From Candidatus Hadarchaeota archaeon (GTDB lineage: Archaea > Hadarchaeota > Hadarchaeia > Hadarchaeales > JAGGTB01), in assembly GCA_964384105.1 (NCBI GenBank), contig CAYLJV010000001.1, positions 224,001 to 288,000 on the forward strand: a stretch of DNA of 64,000 bases, read 5' to 3'. Within the stretch, counting starts at the first letter, position 1; every line of letters starts with the position of its first letter. The notes below the pieces were generated by a model that did not search any database, was not told where the DNA came from, and saw nothing but the letters and a program-made list of their open reading frames with translations. Of this stretch, positions 51,899 to 61,260 are shown piece after piece. A program made the position numbers and the translations under genes.

Positions 51899-52882
51899 AT
51901 GTCTGCGATAGAAACTAAGGGACTCACAAAAGAATATGATGGACTCGTAGCCGTTGATCATATTAGTCTGGAAATTAAAGAGGGTGAGCTGTTCGGGCTC
52001 CTCGGACCTAACGGGGCAGGAAAGACCACGTTAGTTCATATGCTTTCGACTATACTACCGCCAACGGAGGGAATGGCGAGAGTATGGAACAGTGATGTTA
52101 GTGAGGATCCGGACAAGGTCCGTTCTTCGATTGGAATAGTCTTTCAAGATCCTTCATCAGATCAGCAGTTGACTGGATTGGAAAATTTAGACTTTCACGG
52201 CCGAATGTATGGTATTCCAAAAGAGGAACGGAAAGAAAGATCAATACAATTGTTGAAGATGGTCGATCTTGAAGAAAGGTCAGGGAACCTTGTAAAGGAA
52301 TATTCTGGGGGTATGAGACGGAGACTGGAACTCGCTCGAGCATTTCTTCATCATCCAAAGGTTCTCTTTTTAGATGAACCGACATTAGGTCTTGACCCTC
52401 AAACTAGGAGGAGTATATGGGATTATATTCAGAAGCTGAACGACGAGGAGGGAATAACCATGATTCTGACTACTCATTATATGGAGGAGGCTGATTATCT
52501 ATGCGACCGTGTTGGGATTATTGATAGGGGAGAGTTAATAGCTATGGATACTCCATCTGCTCTGAAAAATGAACTGAAAGGTGACATAGTCACTTTGAGT
52601 TTTGATAAGCCAGAGAAGTTAGTAGAGGTGTTAAGTAATGTAGAACTTGTGAATGAAGTGAAATTAGTGGATGGAACGCTACAGCTCAGGGTTAATAATG
52701 GCGAGAGTTCAATTCCAAAGCTACTTTCTATAGTACAGGAGAACGATGCTGAGGTAAAGACAGTTGGATTGAGAAAGCCCACTTTGGAAGATGTTTTTAT
52801 TCACTATACTGGTCGAAGAATCAGGGAGGAAAAATCGGAGAAGACGAACTGGCAGCAATGGGGGAGGAAAAATAATAGGTGA
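51899..52882 (+). CDS. ABC-2 type (DrrA-like) exporter ATP-binding protein
   Basis: GPNGAGKTT, YSGGM.RRL, FLDEPT.GLDP, TTHYMEEAD and PTLEDVF motifs. Confidence 0.94.
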   Translation: MSAIETKGLTKEYDGLVAVDHISLEIKEGELFGLLGPNGAGKTTLVHMLSTILPPTEGMARVWNSDVSEDPDKVRSSIGIVFQDPSSDQQLTGLENLDFHGRMYGIPKEERKERSIQLLKMVDLEERSGNLVKEYSGGMRRRLELARAFLHHPKVLFLDEPTLGLDPQTRRSIWDYIQKLNDEEGITMILTTHYMEEADYLCDRVGIIDRGELIAMDTPSALKNELKGDIVTLSFDKPEKLVEVLSNVELVNEVKLVDGTLQLRVNNGESSIPKLLSIVQENDAEVKTVGLRKPTLEDVFIHYTGRRIREEKSEKTNWQQWGRKNNR

Positions 52883-52886
52883 TATT

Positions 52887-53651
52887 ATGAGAACTGAAGT
52901 TATTTATTCGCTCTGGCTTAGGGATATGAAACAGTATATTCGAGCTAAAACTCGAATTGTGACTTCTCTTACGATGCCTTTGCTATGGATGGGGATAATT
53001 GGAATAGGATTGAACTCGGCTTTTCCGAGTTTGCCAGGCACTAGCTTTGATTATCTTACATTTATGGCGCCCGGGATCGTTGGAATGACCATAATGTTCA
53101 CCGGCACGTTCTCTGGCATTTCAGTTTTATGGGACAAGCAGTTTGGTTTTATGAAAGAGATTCTCGTTGCTCCCGTTTCTAGGCTTCATGTAATGATGGG
53201 GAAAGTGCTAGGGGGAGCAACAACGGCTATAGTTCAGGGGGTTCTGATTATAGTTATCGCTCGGTTTTTCGGAGTTCCTCTACCAGGTTTTATTGGTTTT
53301 GGACTGGTTTTGATCTTTATGATACTCATCTCCTTTGCTTTTGTGAGCATTGGGCTTATTTTCGCGACTCAAATGGAGGATCCTCAGACCTTTCCGATGG
53401 CGATGAACTTTTTCATAATGCCGATGTTTTTTCTCTCGGGGGCACTCTATCCATTGAGTACTGCACCTACCTGGCTTAGGACAGTTGCTTATTTGAATCC
53501 ACTTGCCTATGGGGTGGATGGTTTGAGGGGTGCCATATTGAGTAATTATAGCACTTATTTTTCACTCTCAGTAGACATGTTAGTTTTAGTAGCATTTACC
53601 GTTGCAGCCATATTAATAGGAATCCGATTTTTTAGCCGGATGGAAGCTTAG
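52887..53651 (+). CDS. ABC-2 type exporter permease
   Basis: 'PGIVGM', 'D.QFGF.KEILVAPVSR', 'FFLSGA.YP' and 'NPL.YGVD'. Confidence 0.93.
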   Translation: MRTEVIYSLWLRDMKQYIRAKTRIVTSLTMPLLWMGIIGIGLNSAFPSLPGTSFDYLTFMAPGIVGMTIMFTGTFSGISVLWDKQFGFMKEILVAPVSRLHVMMGKVLGGATTAIVQGVLIIVIARFFGVPLPGFIGFGLVLIFMILISFAFVSIGLIFATQMEDPQTFPMAMNFFIMPMFFLSGALYPLSTAPTWLRTVAYLNPLAYGVDGLRGAILSNYSTYFSLSVDMLVLVAFTVAAILIGIRFFSRMEA

Positions 53652-53803
53652 ATTAGCAATAAGTTGCTGAAATTTTACTAGAAACCAGAATTATCCAATT
53701 CTTTGGTAAATCTTAGTTTGATAATCTGATTATTGGTAAGAAACTTTAGAGGAACCTTGACAAAAAATAAAGTATATCATAGTCATAGTTGGAGTGGATC
53801 TTT

Positions 53804-54601
53804 ATGAGTCGTAAGATCAGCAAATTTTGCTATAAATGTGGAGCTCTGGAAGAGCAAAAAGGCCCTTTGATCGAGGGTCTATGTCCGGATTGTTTTCTAG
53901 AAGATAACCCTATTTACAAAGTTCCAGAAAATCTAGATCTTATTATCTGCCCGTCTTGTTCTGCTTATCAGATGGACGGTGTTTGGAAAGATGTTGAGAA
54001 AGATCCTGTCTCCGAGTATATCGAAGCTGCGAAAGAACTCGTTTTGTCGAGGCTTAGAGTGCTTCAGAAAGATTCACTAGGATTGAGATACGTTGACTTA
54101 GACGAGTCTGAAAGTGTTGATGTAAGTTTGGAGGCTGAGTATTCCCCTCAGGATACCATAACCGTGAGTTTGGAGCTTTATGCGAGATTTTCGGAGTCCC
54201 AGGAAGAACCATTTGTGGACCGAGAGGAAGTTTTAGTCAATATTGTGAAGAAAACCTGTGATGTATGCCAAAAGCAAGCTTCTGGCTACTACGAAGCTAT
54301 TTTACAAATAAGGGGTGAAAAGGAGCTTTCAGATGAACAGATGTCTGAGATTTTTAAGAAGCTCGAGGTGGAAGTCTTTGAAAAGCAGAACTGGAGTAGA
54401 GACGAGTTCGTATCAAAAATAAAAAGAAAACACGGAGGTATGGATTTCTACGCGAGTTCTACAGAACTTGCAAGAGAACTGGCGAGATACTTGAAAAAGG
54501 AATATGACGCTGAGACAAGTGAATCTGCTGAGTTGATTGGTCAGACGAGTGATGGTCGAGAAAAATATAGAGTTACGGTTGTTGCGCGTTTGCCTTTTTA
54601 A
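53804..54601 (+). CDS. nmd3: NMD3-family ribosome export/biogenesis protein
   Basis: Four CxxC pairs, 'GYYEAILQIR' and 'G...YRVTV..R'. Confidence 0.88.
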   Translation: MSRKISKFCYKCGALEEQKGPLIEGLCPDCFLEDNPIYKVPENLDLIICPSCSAYQMDGVWKDVEKDPVSEYIEAAKELVLSRLRVLQKDSLGLRYVDLDESESVDVSLEAEYSPQDTITVSLELYARFSESQEEPFVDREEVLVNIVKKTCDVCQKQASGYYEAILQIRGEKELSDEQMSEIFKKLEVEVFEKQNWSRDEFVSKIKRKHGGMDFYASSTELARELARYLKKEYDAETSESAELIGQTSDGREKYRVTVVARLPF

Positions 54602-54615
54602 CCGGTGGTTCTATT

Positions 54616-56586
54616 CTAGAAACCCAAAGGGTTTAAGTGTGCAAATGCAGTTCCGGCAATTATCGCAATTGCAATTGTGGAGGCACTTATAACTATAGCT
54701 TCCTTCCACCCTAACTCCCTCTTTAGAACTCCAATAGTTGCAATACAGGGGACGTAGATTGCTACTACTAAAGCGAACACGAATAATTGTAGGGGAGTCA
54801 TGAAGTTACCAATACTGGATGTTCCAGAAACTGCTATTAGCAGAACTAATGCGCCTTCTTTTCTTATTACCCCATAGAGAAGTGGGATAATTACGACTGC
54901 GGGTAATCCGAGTGCTCCGGTTGTAAGTGGAGAGAGTGGCTGGATTATAGAATCCATAATTCCAGAAACTTCGAGTATCCCTATGGAGAAACTACCAATG
55001 AGAAGTAGTGGAGTAGCGATGTAGATGAATTCTTTCATTCGGTTCCATGTTTTTGAGAGAACAGGTTTTGGTACCGGCTTTCGCAATGGTGACATTTCCA
55101 TTATCATACCGGTACTCTCTCCTGATAGGAATCTGTTTAGAATTAGACCCACTAGGAATATCAAACCGAGTATTACTCCATAGATTACCAGAGCGGGGTA
55201 TATTCCCGCGAAGACACCGACTGTTCCTAATATAACAGCTGTCCTGGCCGAGCAGGGAACCATCGTGATCAAAAATGATGAGATTAGGCGTTGTCTTCGT
55301 GTGGTTAAACTCCTTGTGGCCATTATGGCGGGAACGTTGCATCCGAATCCTCCCAGCATGGGCACTACTGCTCTTCCATGTAGTCCTATTCTATGCATTA
55401 AAGAGTCCATAACATAGGCCATTCGGGATAGATACCCTGAATCCTCTAATACGGCAAGCGCTAGGAAGAAAATTGTTATGTATGGAAACATTACGAGGAG
55501 TATTCCCTTTATACCAAGGTTCAGACCAATATCCAAGACTTCGATTACAGAGGGATTCGAGGAAATGTTCTGAAAAAGAGTAATTAGTTGAGGTTGAGCG
55601 TAGCTGTCCCACCCACTTTCTAAAATTCCTTCAATAAATCCTCCCCCATAAAAAAGTAGCATCAGCAACCCAAGAAAGACTGTTATAAGGATCGGGATTC
55701 CAGTTTTCATTTCTGTAGTCCATTTACTGATTTTCTCGGACCAAGATGGCTCGACTTTAACGTAACTAGAAGATTCTTCCGCGATCAGGCTGGCTATACC
55801 GTGTCTTTCTCTGGCTATTCTAAATGCAGCAGCTTCTCCATGATCTTCTTTTATTTTTTGGGCCAGTTTCTGCGCTTTTCCTAGTATTTTTTCAGCTTTT
55901 TTTTCTTTTTTTAGGAAATTTATGAGCTCCTCGTCTCCCTCTAGTAGTTTGATTGATAGAGTTCTTGGAGCGAGGTTATATGGAATCGAATCTATGTTTT
56001 CTTGAATTGAATCTGAAAGAGATTTTATTATTTTTTCTAGGTCATTACCAAATCTTATTTCACTTTTCGGTCTCGCCTTTTTCTTAGCTAAGTTTATCGC
56101 TTCTGCAAAGACTTTAGATACGTTTTTACCTTGGGTCGAGACGGTGGGTATTACGGGAATCCCTAAATTTTCCGATAATTTTTCGGGATCTATTTTTATT
56201 CCTTCGTTAAGTGCTACATCGTATTGGTTTAATGCGATCACTACGGGTATATCCAATTCAAGTAACTGGAGGGTCAAATATAGGTTTCTTTCAAGATTAG
56301 TCGCATTTACTATGTTTATAATCGCGTCTACTTTTCCCCCTATAATGACTCTTCTAGCAACTTTTTCATCTTCCGCTACGGCCCCGACCGAATATACCCC
56401 CGGTAAGTCTATTACTTTGACAGAGTGGTTCTCATACTTGGTTACTCCTTCTGCTATTTCCACGGTGGTTCCAGGATAGTTAGAGATGTTAACTCCTATT
56501 CCCGTAACCTGGTGAAAGAATGCGCTTTTACCAACGTTCGGATTACCCGCCAGACCGATAGCGATATCGATGTTTCCTTTTTCCAT
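54616..56586 (-). CDS. feoB: Ferrous iron transporter FeoB
   Basis: GNPNVGKS, NYPGTTV, DLPG, LEDSGY, GFGCNVP, PCSAR and YVPC motifs. Confidence 0.96.
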   Translation of the reverse strand: MEKGNIDIAIGLAGNPNVGKSAFFHQVTGIGVNISNYPGTTVEIAEGVTKYENHSVKVIDLPGVYSVGAVAEDEKVARRVIIGGKVDAIINIVNATNLERNLYLTLQLLELDIPVVIALNQYDVALNEGIKIDPEKLSENLGIPVIPTVSTQGKNVSKVFAEAINLAKKKARPKSEIRFGNDLEKIIKSLSDSIQENIDSIPYNLAPRTLSIKLLEGDEELINFLKKEKKAEKILGKAQKLAQKIKEDHGEAAAFRIARERHGIASLIAEESSSYVKVEPSWSEKISKWTTEMKTGIPILITVFLGLLMLLFYGGGFIEGILESGWDSYAQPQLITLFQNISSNPSVIEVLDIGLNLGIKGILLVMFPYITIFFLALAVLEDSGYLSRMAYVMDSLMHRIGLHGRAVVPMLGGFGCNVPAIMATRSLTTRRQRLISSFLITMVPCSARTAVILGTVGVFAGIYPALVIYGVILGLIFLVGLILNRFLSGESTGMIMEMSPLRKPVPKPVLSKTWNRMKEFIYIATPLLLIGSFSIGILEVSGIMDSIIQPLSPLTTGALGLPAVVIIPLLYGVIRKEGALVLLIAVSGTSSIGNFMTPLQLFVFALVVAIYVPCIATIGVLKRELGWKEAIVISASTIAIAIIAGTAFAHLNPLGF

Positions 56587-57235
56587 ATTTTTCAACCATG
56601 ATTTTTGAGGCGATTCCCCGGCTTAGGGCGAGTTTGTCTCCCCCCCTCTTAATCATCAATGCACTAAAAGAGGGATTATCAACTAGCTCTATTTCTGTAC
56701 CCGGTAGTATCCCTAGTGGGAGTAGTCTTTGGATATCTTCTTTTTCCTCGGGGATTGTTCGAACTTTGTATTTTTCCCCTTCTTCCCCTTCTGTCAGCTT
56801 TATTAGTTCTCCTCTATCCTCCTCTTCTGGTGTAGGTATTGGCTGTCCGTGAGGGCAGGTTCGTGGATTTTCTAAGACTCGCGATATTTCGTTTGCGGTT
56901 TCGTCTGTTATTGAATGTTCTAGTTTGCAGGCTTCTTCATGGATTGAAGGGAGGTCTCTACCTAATACGTCGCATAAAAGTCGCTCTGCTAAACGGTGCC
57001 TCCGAGTTACTCTCATTCCAGTCTCCTCACCTTTTTTTGTTAAGCTTGCGCCGGTGTAGCTCTTGTAATCTACGAGGTTCTTCCTGTCTAACTTCTTCAA
57101 CATGCCCACTACGCTGGGTTCTTTTATTTTTAGGTCCTTTGCGAGTTTGCCAACTCTTACTCTTTCTTTTCCCCCGCTTAGCCGATACAAGGATTCTAAA
57201 TATTCTTCTTCAGATTCAGAGAGATTTTTCGACAT
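56543..57235 (-). CDS. DtxR/MntR-family metal-dependent repressor with C-terminal FeoA domain
   Basis: 'LSESEEEYLESLY', 'RRHRLAE', 'EAC.LEH', 'CPHG.PIP' and a FeoA-like 'LGILPG...ALSRG.A.KI.V'. Confidence 0.93.
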   Translation of the reverse strand: MSKNLSESEEEYLESLYRLSGGKERVRVGKLAKDLKIKEPSVVGMLKKLDRKNLVDYKSYTGASLTKKGEETGMRVTRRHRLAERLLCDVLGRDLPSIHEEACKLEHSITDETANEISRVLENPRTCPHGQPIPTPEEEDRGELIKLTEGEEGEKYKVRTIPEEKEDIQRLLPLGILPGTEIELVDNPSFSALMIKRGGDKLALSRGIASKIMVEKYGKRKHRYRYRSGG

Positions 57236-57279
57236 TTAGGTACTCCTAATTTCCTATTAAACATTTTAGGCTTACCTAA
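57236..57279. promoter_or_regulatory. Two DtxR-family operator palindromes TTAGG-N4-CCTAA
   Basis: TTAGGTACTCCTAA (57236-57249) and TTAGGCTTACCTAA (57266-57279) lie 30 bp apart, directly upstream of dtxR-feoB. Confidence 0.8.
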
Positions 57280-57310
57280 TTAAATACTTTCCTTTGGATT
57301 TTAAAAAATT

Positions 57311-57388
57311 TGGAGCCGGGGACCGGATTTGAACCGGTGTAAGCGGATCTGCAGTCCGCCGCCTCAAACCAGGCTCGGCCACCCCGGC
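57311..57388 (-). tRNA. tRNA-Cys(GCA), CCA encoded
   Basis: Reverse complement: GCCGGGG...GCGGA-CTGCAGA-TCCGC...GGTTCAAATCC...CCCGGC-T-CCA; G37 and U73. Confidence 0.95.
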
Positions 57389-57687
57389 TTGTCAGATCAG
57401 TTTAACAATTTCATAACGCTGTTATATAGTTGGTGGTTATTAATAATTATTGATACTTTTTGAAATTTTTATCTGGTTTTGTTGAGTTTATTAGAGAAAA
57501 ACTTTTAAATAAAATGTGAGTATTATTTGTATAACAGCGTTATATGAGGGCGACCAAGATGAAGAATAATCTAGGGGATCGTTTTTGTTGATGGCTACGG
57601 CATAATTCTTGTAGAGGATCCTCTCAATCTTTTTCTGGATACTTTTCTCAATTCTAAATTTACACATAATGAATGGGGTGTGCTTAA

Positions 57688-58655
57688 ATGGAAGCAATAT
57701 TGACAGGAATGTTTCTAGGCGTAATTTTTGGCTATGTATGCCAAAGAGGCCGGTTCTGCATGAATTCCGGATTTAGGGATATTTGATGACAAGGGATTTC
57801 AGGATTTTCAAAGCCTTTGTTCTGGCCGTTCTGTTTCAGCTTATTGTTGTAAATGCTCTAGCTGGTTTGGGGATTTTCCCAATTAGACAACTTCCTTTTT
57901 TGTGGGTAGGGAATATAGTTGGGGGATTGATTTTTGGTGTAGGAATGGTACTTGCAGCCGGCTGTGCTAGTGGAACGTGGTATCGTATGGGTGAAGGAAT
58001 GATGGGTAGTTTTGTTGCGGCTTTAGGATATATTTTAGCTGCTTTTTCGGCTAGAGGAGGGGCTTTATCTCCAATAGTACGGTCAGTTCATCAGTTTGGA
58101 ATTGATACTCCAGGATTACACACTTTGTTAGGGATAAATAAGTGGGTGATAATCGTAGTATTTGTGGTGGTTGCAGGATTCTGGCTTTTTAGAAATTTTG
58201 AGATCACATCGGGTGAGGGATGGAATTGGATAAAGACAGGTTTTGGAATCGGGATAGTCGGAGTTCTTGCTTGGTGGCTTAGCACTAGAACAGGTAGGAT
58301 TTACGGTTTAGGAATAACAGCTCCGTCGGCTTCTATAGGTGAATGGTTTACTACGAGTAACACTGCGTTGGTTAACTGGGGAACTTTTTTTGTAATCGCT
58401 ATACCTATTGGGGCTATGGTGGCTTCGTTCTTACATGGCGAATTTAAATTGCGGACCCCTCCTGCAAAAAGGGTACCTGTTCAGTTTGTTGGGGGATTGG
58501 CATTGGGTCTAGGTGCTACTCTCGCAGTTGGGTGCAATATTGGTGGAAGTGTAGCGGGGATACCCGTGTTAGCCGCCGGTAATATACTCGCAACAGTTTT
58601 CTTTATTTTGGGAAACTGGATGGCAGCTTATTTGCTATTTATGAGGAGGTGGTAA
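57688..58655 (+). pseudogene. YeeE/YedE (TsuA-like) sulfur-compound transporter with a 1-nt frameshift near 57783 (real or sequencing error)
   Basis: ATG at 57688 gives MEAILTG...QRGRFCMNSGFRDI then stop. The remainder (LAAGCASG, GCNIG) is in another frame, and one extra T at 'GAT ATTTG ATG' restores it. Confidence 0.85.
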
Positions 58656-58656
58656 A

Positions 58657-58896
58657 TTGACTAAGATAGATAGAGAAATAGATCTCAGAGGTGAAGTATG
58701 TCCCTATACTTTTGTTAAATCGAAACTGGCACTTGAAGAAATGGAAGTGGGCGAAGTTTTGAAAGTAATGATAGATTATCCAATGGCAGCAGAAAATATT
58801 CCTAGAAGTATGGAAAATGAAGGACAAGAAGTAGTGAATGTAGAAAAGGTCGGAAATTCTGAATGGGAGATAATATTGAAGAAGAAAAAAGATTAA
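58657..58896 (+). CDS. tusA: TusA/SirA family sulfur carrier (YeeD-like)
   Basis: 'IDLRGEVCPYTFVKSKLALEEM..GEVL.V..DYP.A..NIP'. Confidence 0.92.
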   Translation: MTKIDREIDLRGEVCPYTFVKSKLALEEMEVGEVLKVMIDYPMAAENIPRSMENEGQEVVNVEKVGNSEWEIILKKKKD

Positions 58897-58935
58897 TTTT
58901 TACTTATATTATTTTTGATTTCTTTGAGATATTTA

Positions 58936-59952
58936 CTACCTAGTTTGAGATTTAATGTCTTTTACTATCCCGATAAACTCAGTGAAAATACTGTTCATCA
59001 TTTCTTTAAATTCCTCTCTATCTGTTGCGATTTTTTCTAGGCCCTCATCAAATTCTTTTATCATTCCTATATCTAGCCAATTTTCTCTTTTGTTTGCAAA
59101 TCCATTTCCAGTGATAATTGGTTTTGCCGTTTCCATTGCTTTTTGTGCTTGTGATTCATCTCTGAATTTTAGTGGAAGATAAACAGTCATTTTTTTTACT
59201 GATCCGCTCTCGTCTTGGTCTAAGTATAGTCTTAGGGCTTTCCCTCTGTAGTAACCATGGAAGTGATCTGTTCCCTTGTCAAAATTCATTTCTTTTAGTG
59301 GTTCCACGAGATGGCTAGGTAGATTATCCATTATACATCCACAGAGGGCATCAGTTACATTGGGCTCGGATAATTGTTCTACTAGTTTAGTGAAAATATC
59401 GTATGGCATTCCCATAGCTAGTTCGTCGTCTTTGAATCCTCCAATGGAGCGGGCCCCTCCACAGAGTAAAGTCAGATTTGGTTTATCTTCCATGTATGGA
59501 ATAGCGGTTGCTTCACCGGCTATAGCAGACCCCTCGCTAGTGCAGCTTGATTCAATTCTTTCCTTTGACATTTGGTGATAGACCTGAAAGACTTTCATCA
59601 TTGTTTCGGGATCAGAAATTATTACGACTACATCAGGTGTTCCTTTTTCAAGTTCTAATGGTCTTACTGTTACAGCTTTTGTTTTTGAAGGTTTTATCCG
59701 AGGATATATTTCTGTATACTTTGGATCGGCAAATCCTAAGATGATTGTTGCAGTAAAATTGCTGAGATTTTTTTCCTTTAAAGTAAATGATTCTCTTAGT
59801 TTTGCCGCATTTCTTACGAAGTAACAGAAACGGTTTGAAGTATCTGGTGATGGACTATTGGTGTCTTGGATGTGAACGGTAATTGCCACAGGGCTCAACG
59901 GCATTTTAAAGAATTTTCTGAAACTATTTGAGAGCTCTTCATTATTTTCCAT
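58936..59952 (-). CDS. DUF169-like protein with an extra C-terminal domain
   Basis: 'PVAI', 'RFC.FV..A', 'PDVVVI...PE..M', 'P.....PN.TLLC.GAR..G...DDE..MG.P', followed by about 135 unassigned residues starting LCGC. Confidence 0.7.
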   Translation of the reverse strand: MENNEELSNSFRKFFKMPLSPVAITVHIQDTNSPSPDTSNRFCYFVRNAAKLRESFTLKEKNLSNFTATIILGFADPKYTEIYPRIKPSKTKAVTVRPLELEKGTPDVVVIISDPETMMKVFQVYHQMSKERIESSCTSEGSAIAGEATAIPYMEDKPNLTLLCGGARSIGGFKDDELAMGMPYDIFTKLVEQLSEPNVTDALCGCIMDNLPSHLVEPLKEMNFDKGTDHFHGYYRGKALRLYLDQDESGSVKKMTVYLPLKFRDESQAQKAMETAKPIITGNGFANKRENWLDIGMIKEFDEGLEKIATDREEFKEMMNSIFTEFIGIVKDIKSQTR

Positions 59953-59953
59953 C

Positions 59954-61150
59954 CTAATTACTCACCGGAATCTCATATTTTTCAGCAATTTCGTAAAAAG
60001 TATCTATCACATATTCAAGTTCATCTCTAGAAAGTCCATAGGTGTTAATCTTTATCATTTTTGTAACGCCAGGTTGTATACCGCTTATTTTTTTCTCTTT
60101 CAACTCGTCATACAAGAAAAATCCTCTTCTCTTATGTTCCTTCGAAATTTGGTGGAATGAAGGTGTTTCTAGTGACATAAGTGTATGTTTTCTTGGTCTT
60201 TGTCCGATTTGCCGAAAATCTCTGATTTTTTCTATCTGTTTAACAAACCATCGAGCATTTTCTATGTGTTTGTCCCATTCTTGAACACGTTTGTAGACAT
60301 GAGGGAAACTAGCCATTAAGGTAGCTATTGGGGCTCCAAATACAGGAGGGCAACCAAATAGACTGGGTATTTTCTTTGTGAAACCTCTTCCCGACCACGA
60401 TCCTCTGATTTTTGAGCCACTAAATGCTTCATCTGAGTACTCATAGCTTGTCATTAGCATTCCAATGGGACCTGAAGCTGCCCACGATTTGTGTCCACTA
60501 AACGTTATAAAATCGGCATTCCACTTTTTCCCGTCAATAGGCATTATTCCGCCGGTATAGGCTGCATTTACGATAAAGGGTATATCATATTCTCTAGCTA
60601 TCGAGCCAATTTTTTCCGGTTCGATGAGGTTTCCATACCTGTAGTCTACGTGAGTAAGAAATAGTGCAGCGGGCTTCTCATTTTTTTCTTCTATTGTCTC
60701 TTCTATTCTTTCTCTATAAGCCTCCGTCTCGAGTTCGAAATCAGGATATCCGTTGTGGGGTACTTCCTTGACTTCAAGCCCGAGATTTTCTGCTGCGAGA
60801 TAAGTTGTGTAATGTGCTAGAGAGTCAATTACGATAGTGTCACCCTCTTCAGCTACAGCTTTTAGAGCGATCCACTGTGCGTGTCTACATCCGGCTGTAA
60901 ACTCCGCATCATCCATGTTAACAAATCTCGCTAAATCATTTGAAAAGTCCGAAATGGGTGGTTTATCTACTAGGTCCACTCTCCCTTCTAAACAGAAGTC
61001 ACATGTACTGTATCCATCTCCAAAGGATTGTAGCGTTTCTTTTGATTCTGGAGGGAGCATTCCACCTCGTTGAATAGGATTTAGATTGATCCAATCCTCA
61101 TCGATTCTTCTTTTGATATTTTTGTATTTGTCTAAGTCTATACTTTCCAT
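59954..61150 (-). CDS. pscS: O-phosphoseryl-tRNA:Cys-tRNA synthase (SepCysS)
   Basis: 'NLNPIQRGG', GYSTCDFC, AHYTT, PLP-lysine motif SGHKSW, third Cys in LFGC, and 'RGFFLY.ELK'. Confidence 0.93.
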   Translation of the reverse strand: MESIDLDKYKNIKRRIDEDWINLNPIQRGGMLPPESKETLQSFGDGYSTCDFCLEGRVDLVDKPPISDFSNDLARFVNMDDAEFTAGCRHAQWIALKAVAEEGDTIVIDSLAHYTTYLAAENLGLEVKEVPHNGYPDFELETEAYRERIEETIEEKNEKPAALFLTHVDYRYGNLIEPEKIGSIAREYDIPFIVNAAYTGGIMPIDGKKWNADFITFSGHKSWAASGPIGMLMTSYEYSDEAFSGSKIRGSWSGRGFTKKIPSLFGCPPVFGAPIATLMASFPHVYKRVQEWDKHIENARWFVKQIEKIRDFRQIGQRPRKHTLMSLETPSFHQISKEHKRRGFFLYDELKEKKISGIQPGVTKMIKINTYGLSRDELEYVIDTFYEIAEKYEIPVSN

Positions 61151-61260
61151 TTTTTCACCCGTTTAATACAGCTTGATATAACAGCCTTATATTTATTAAA
61201 GACTTTGGCCTATACATAGTTGTTAAGAGATTTGGTTAATAATATTTTAAGAGGGAGATA

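Noticed and set aside
57390-57697. 68-aa minus-strand ORF, or an integration scar beside tRNA-Cys
   Set aside because: AT-rich promoter-like spacer with no recognisable motif. I found no integrase or duplicated tRNA 3' end.
57784-57789. TGA TGA right after the YeeE N-terminal fragment as possible selenocysteine recoding
   Set aside because: Read-through stays in the wrong frame and the position is not a Cys site. A 1-nt frameshift explains it.
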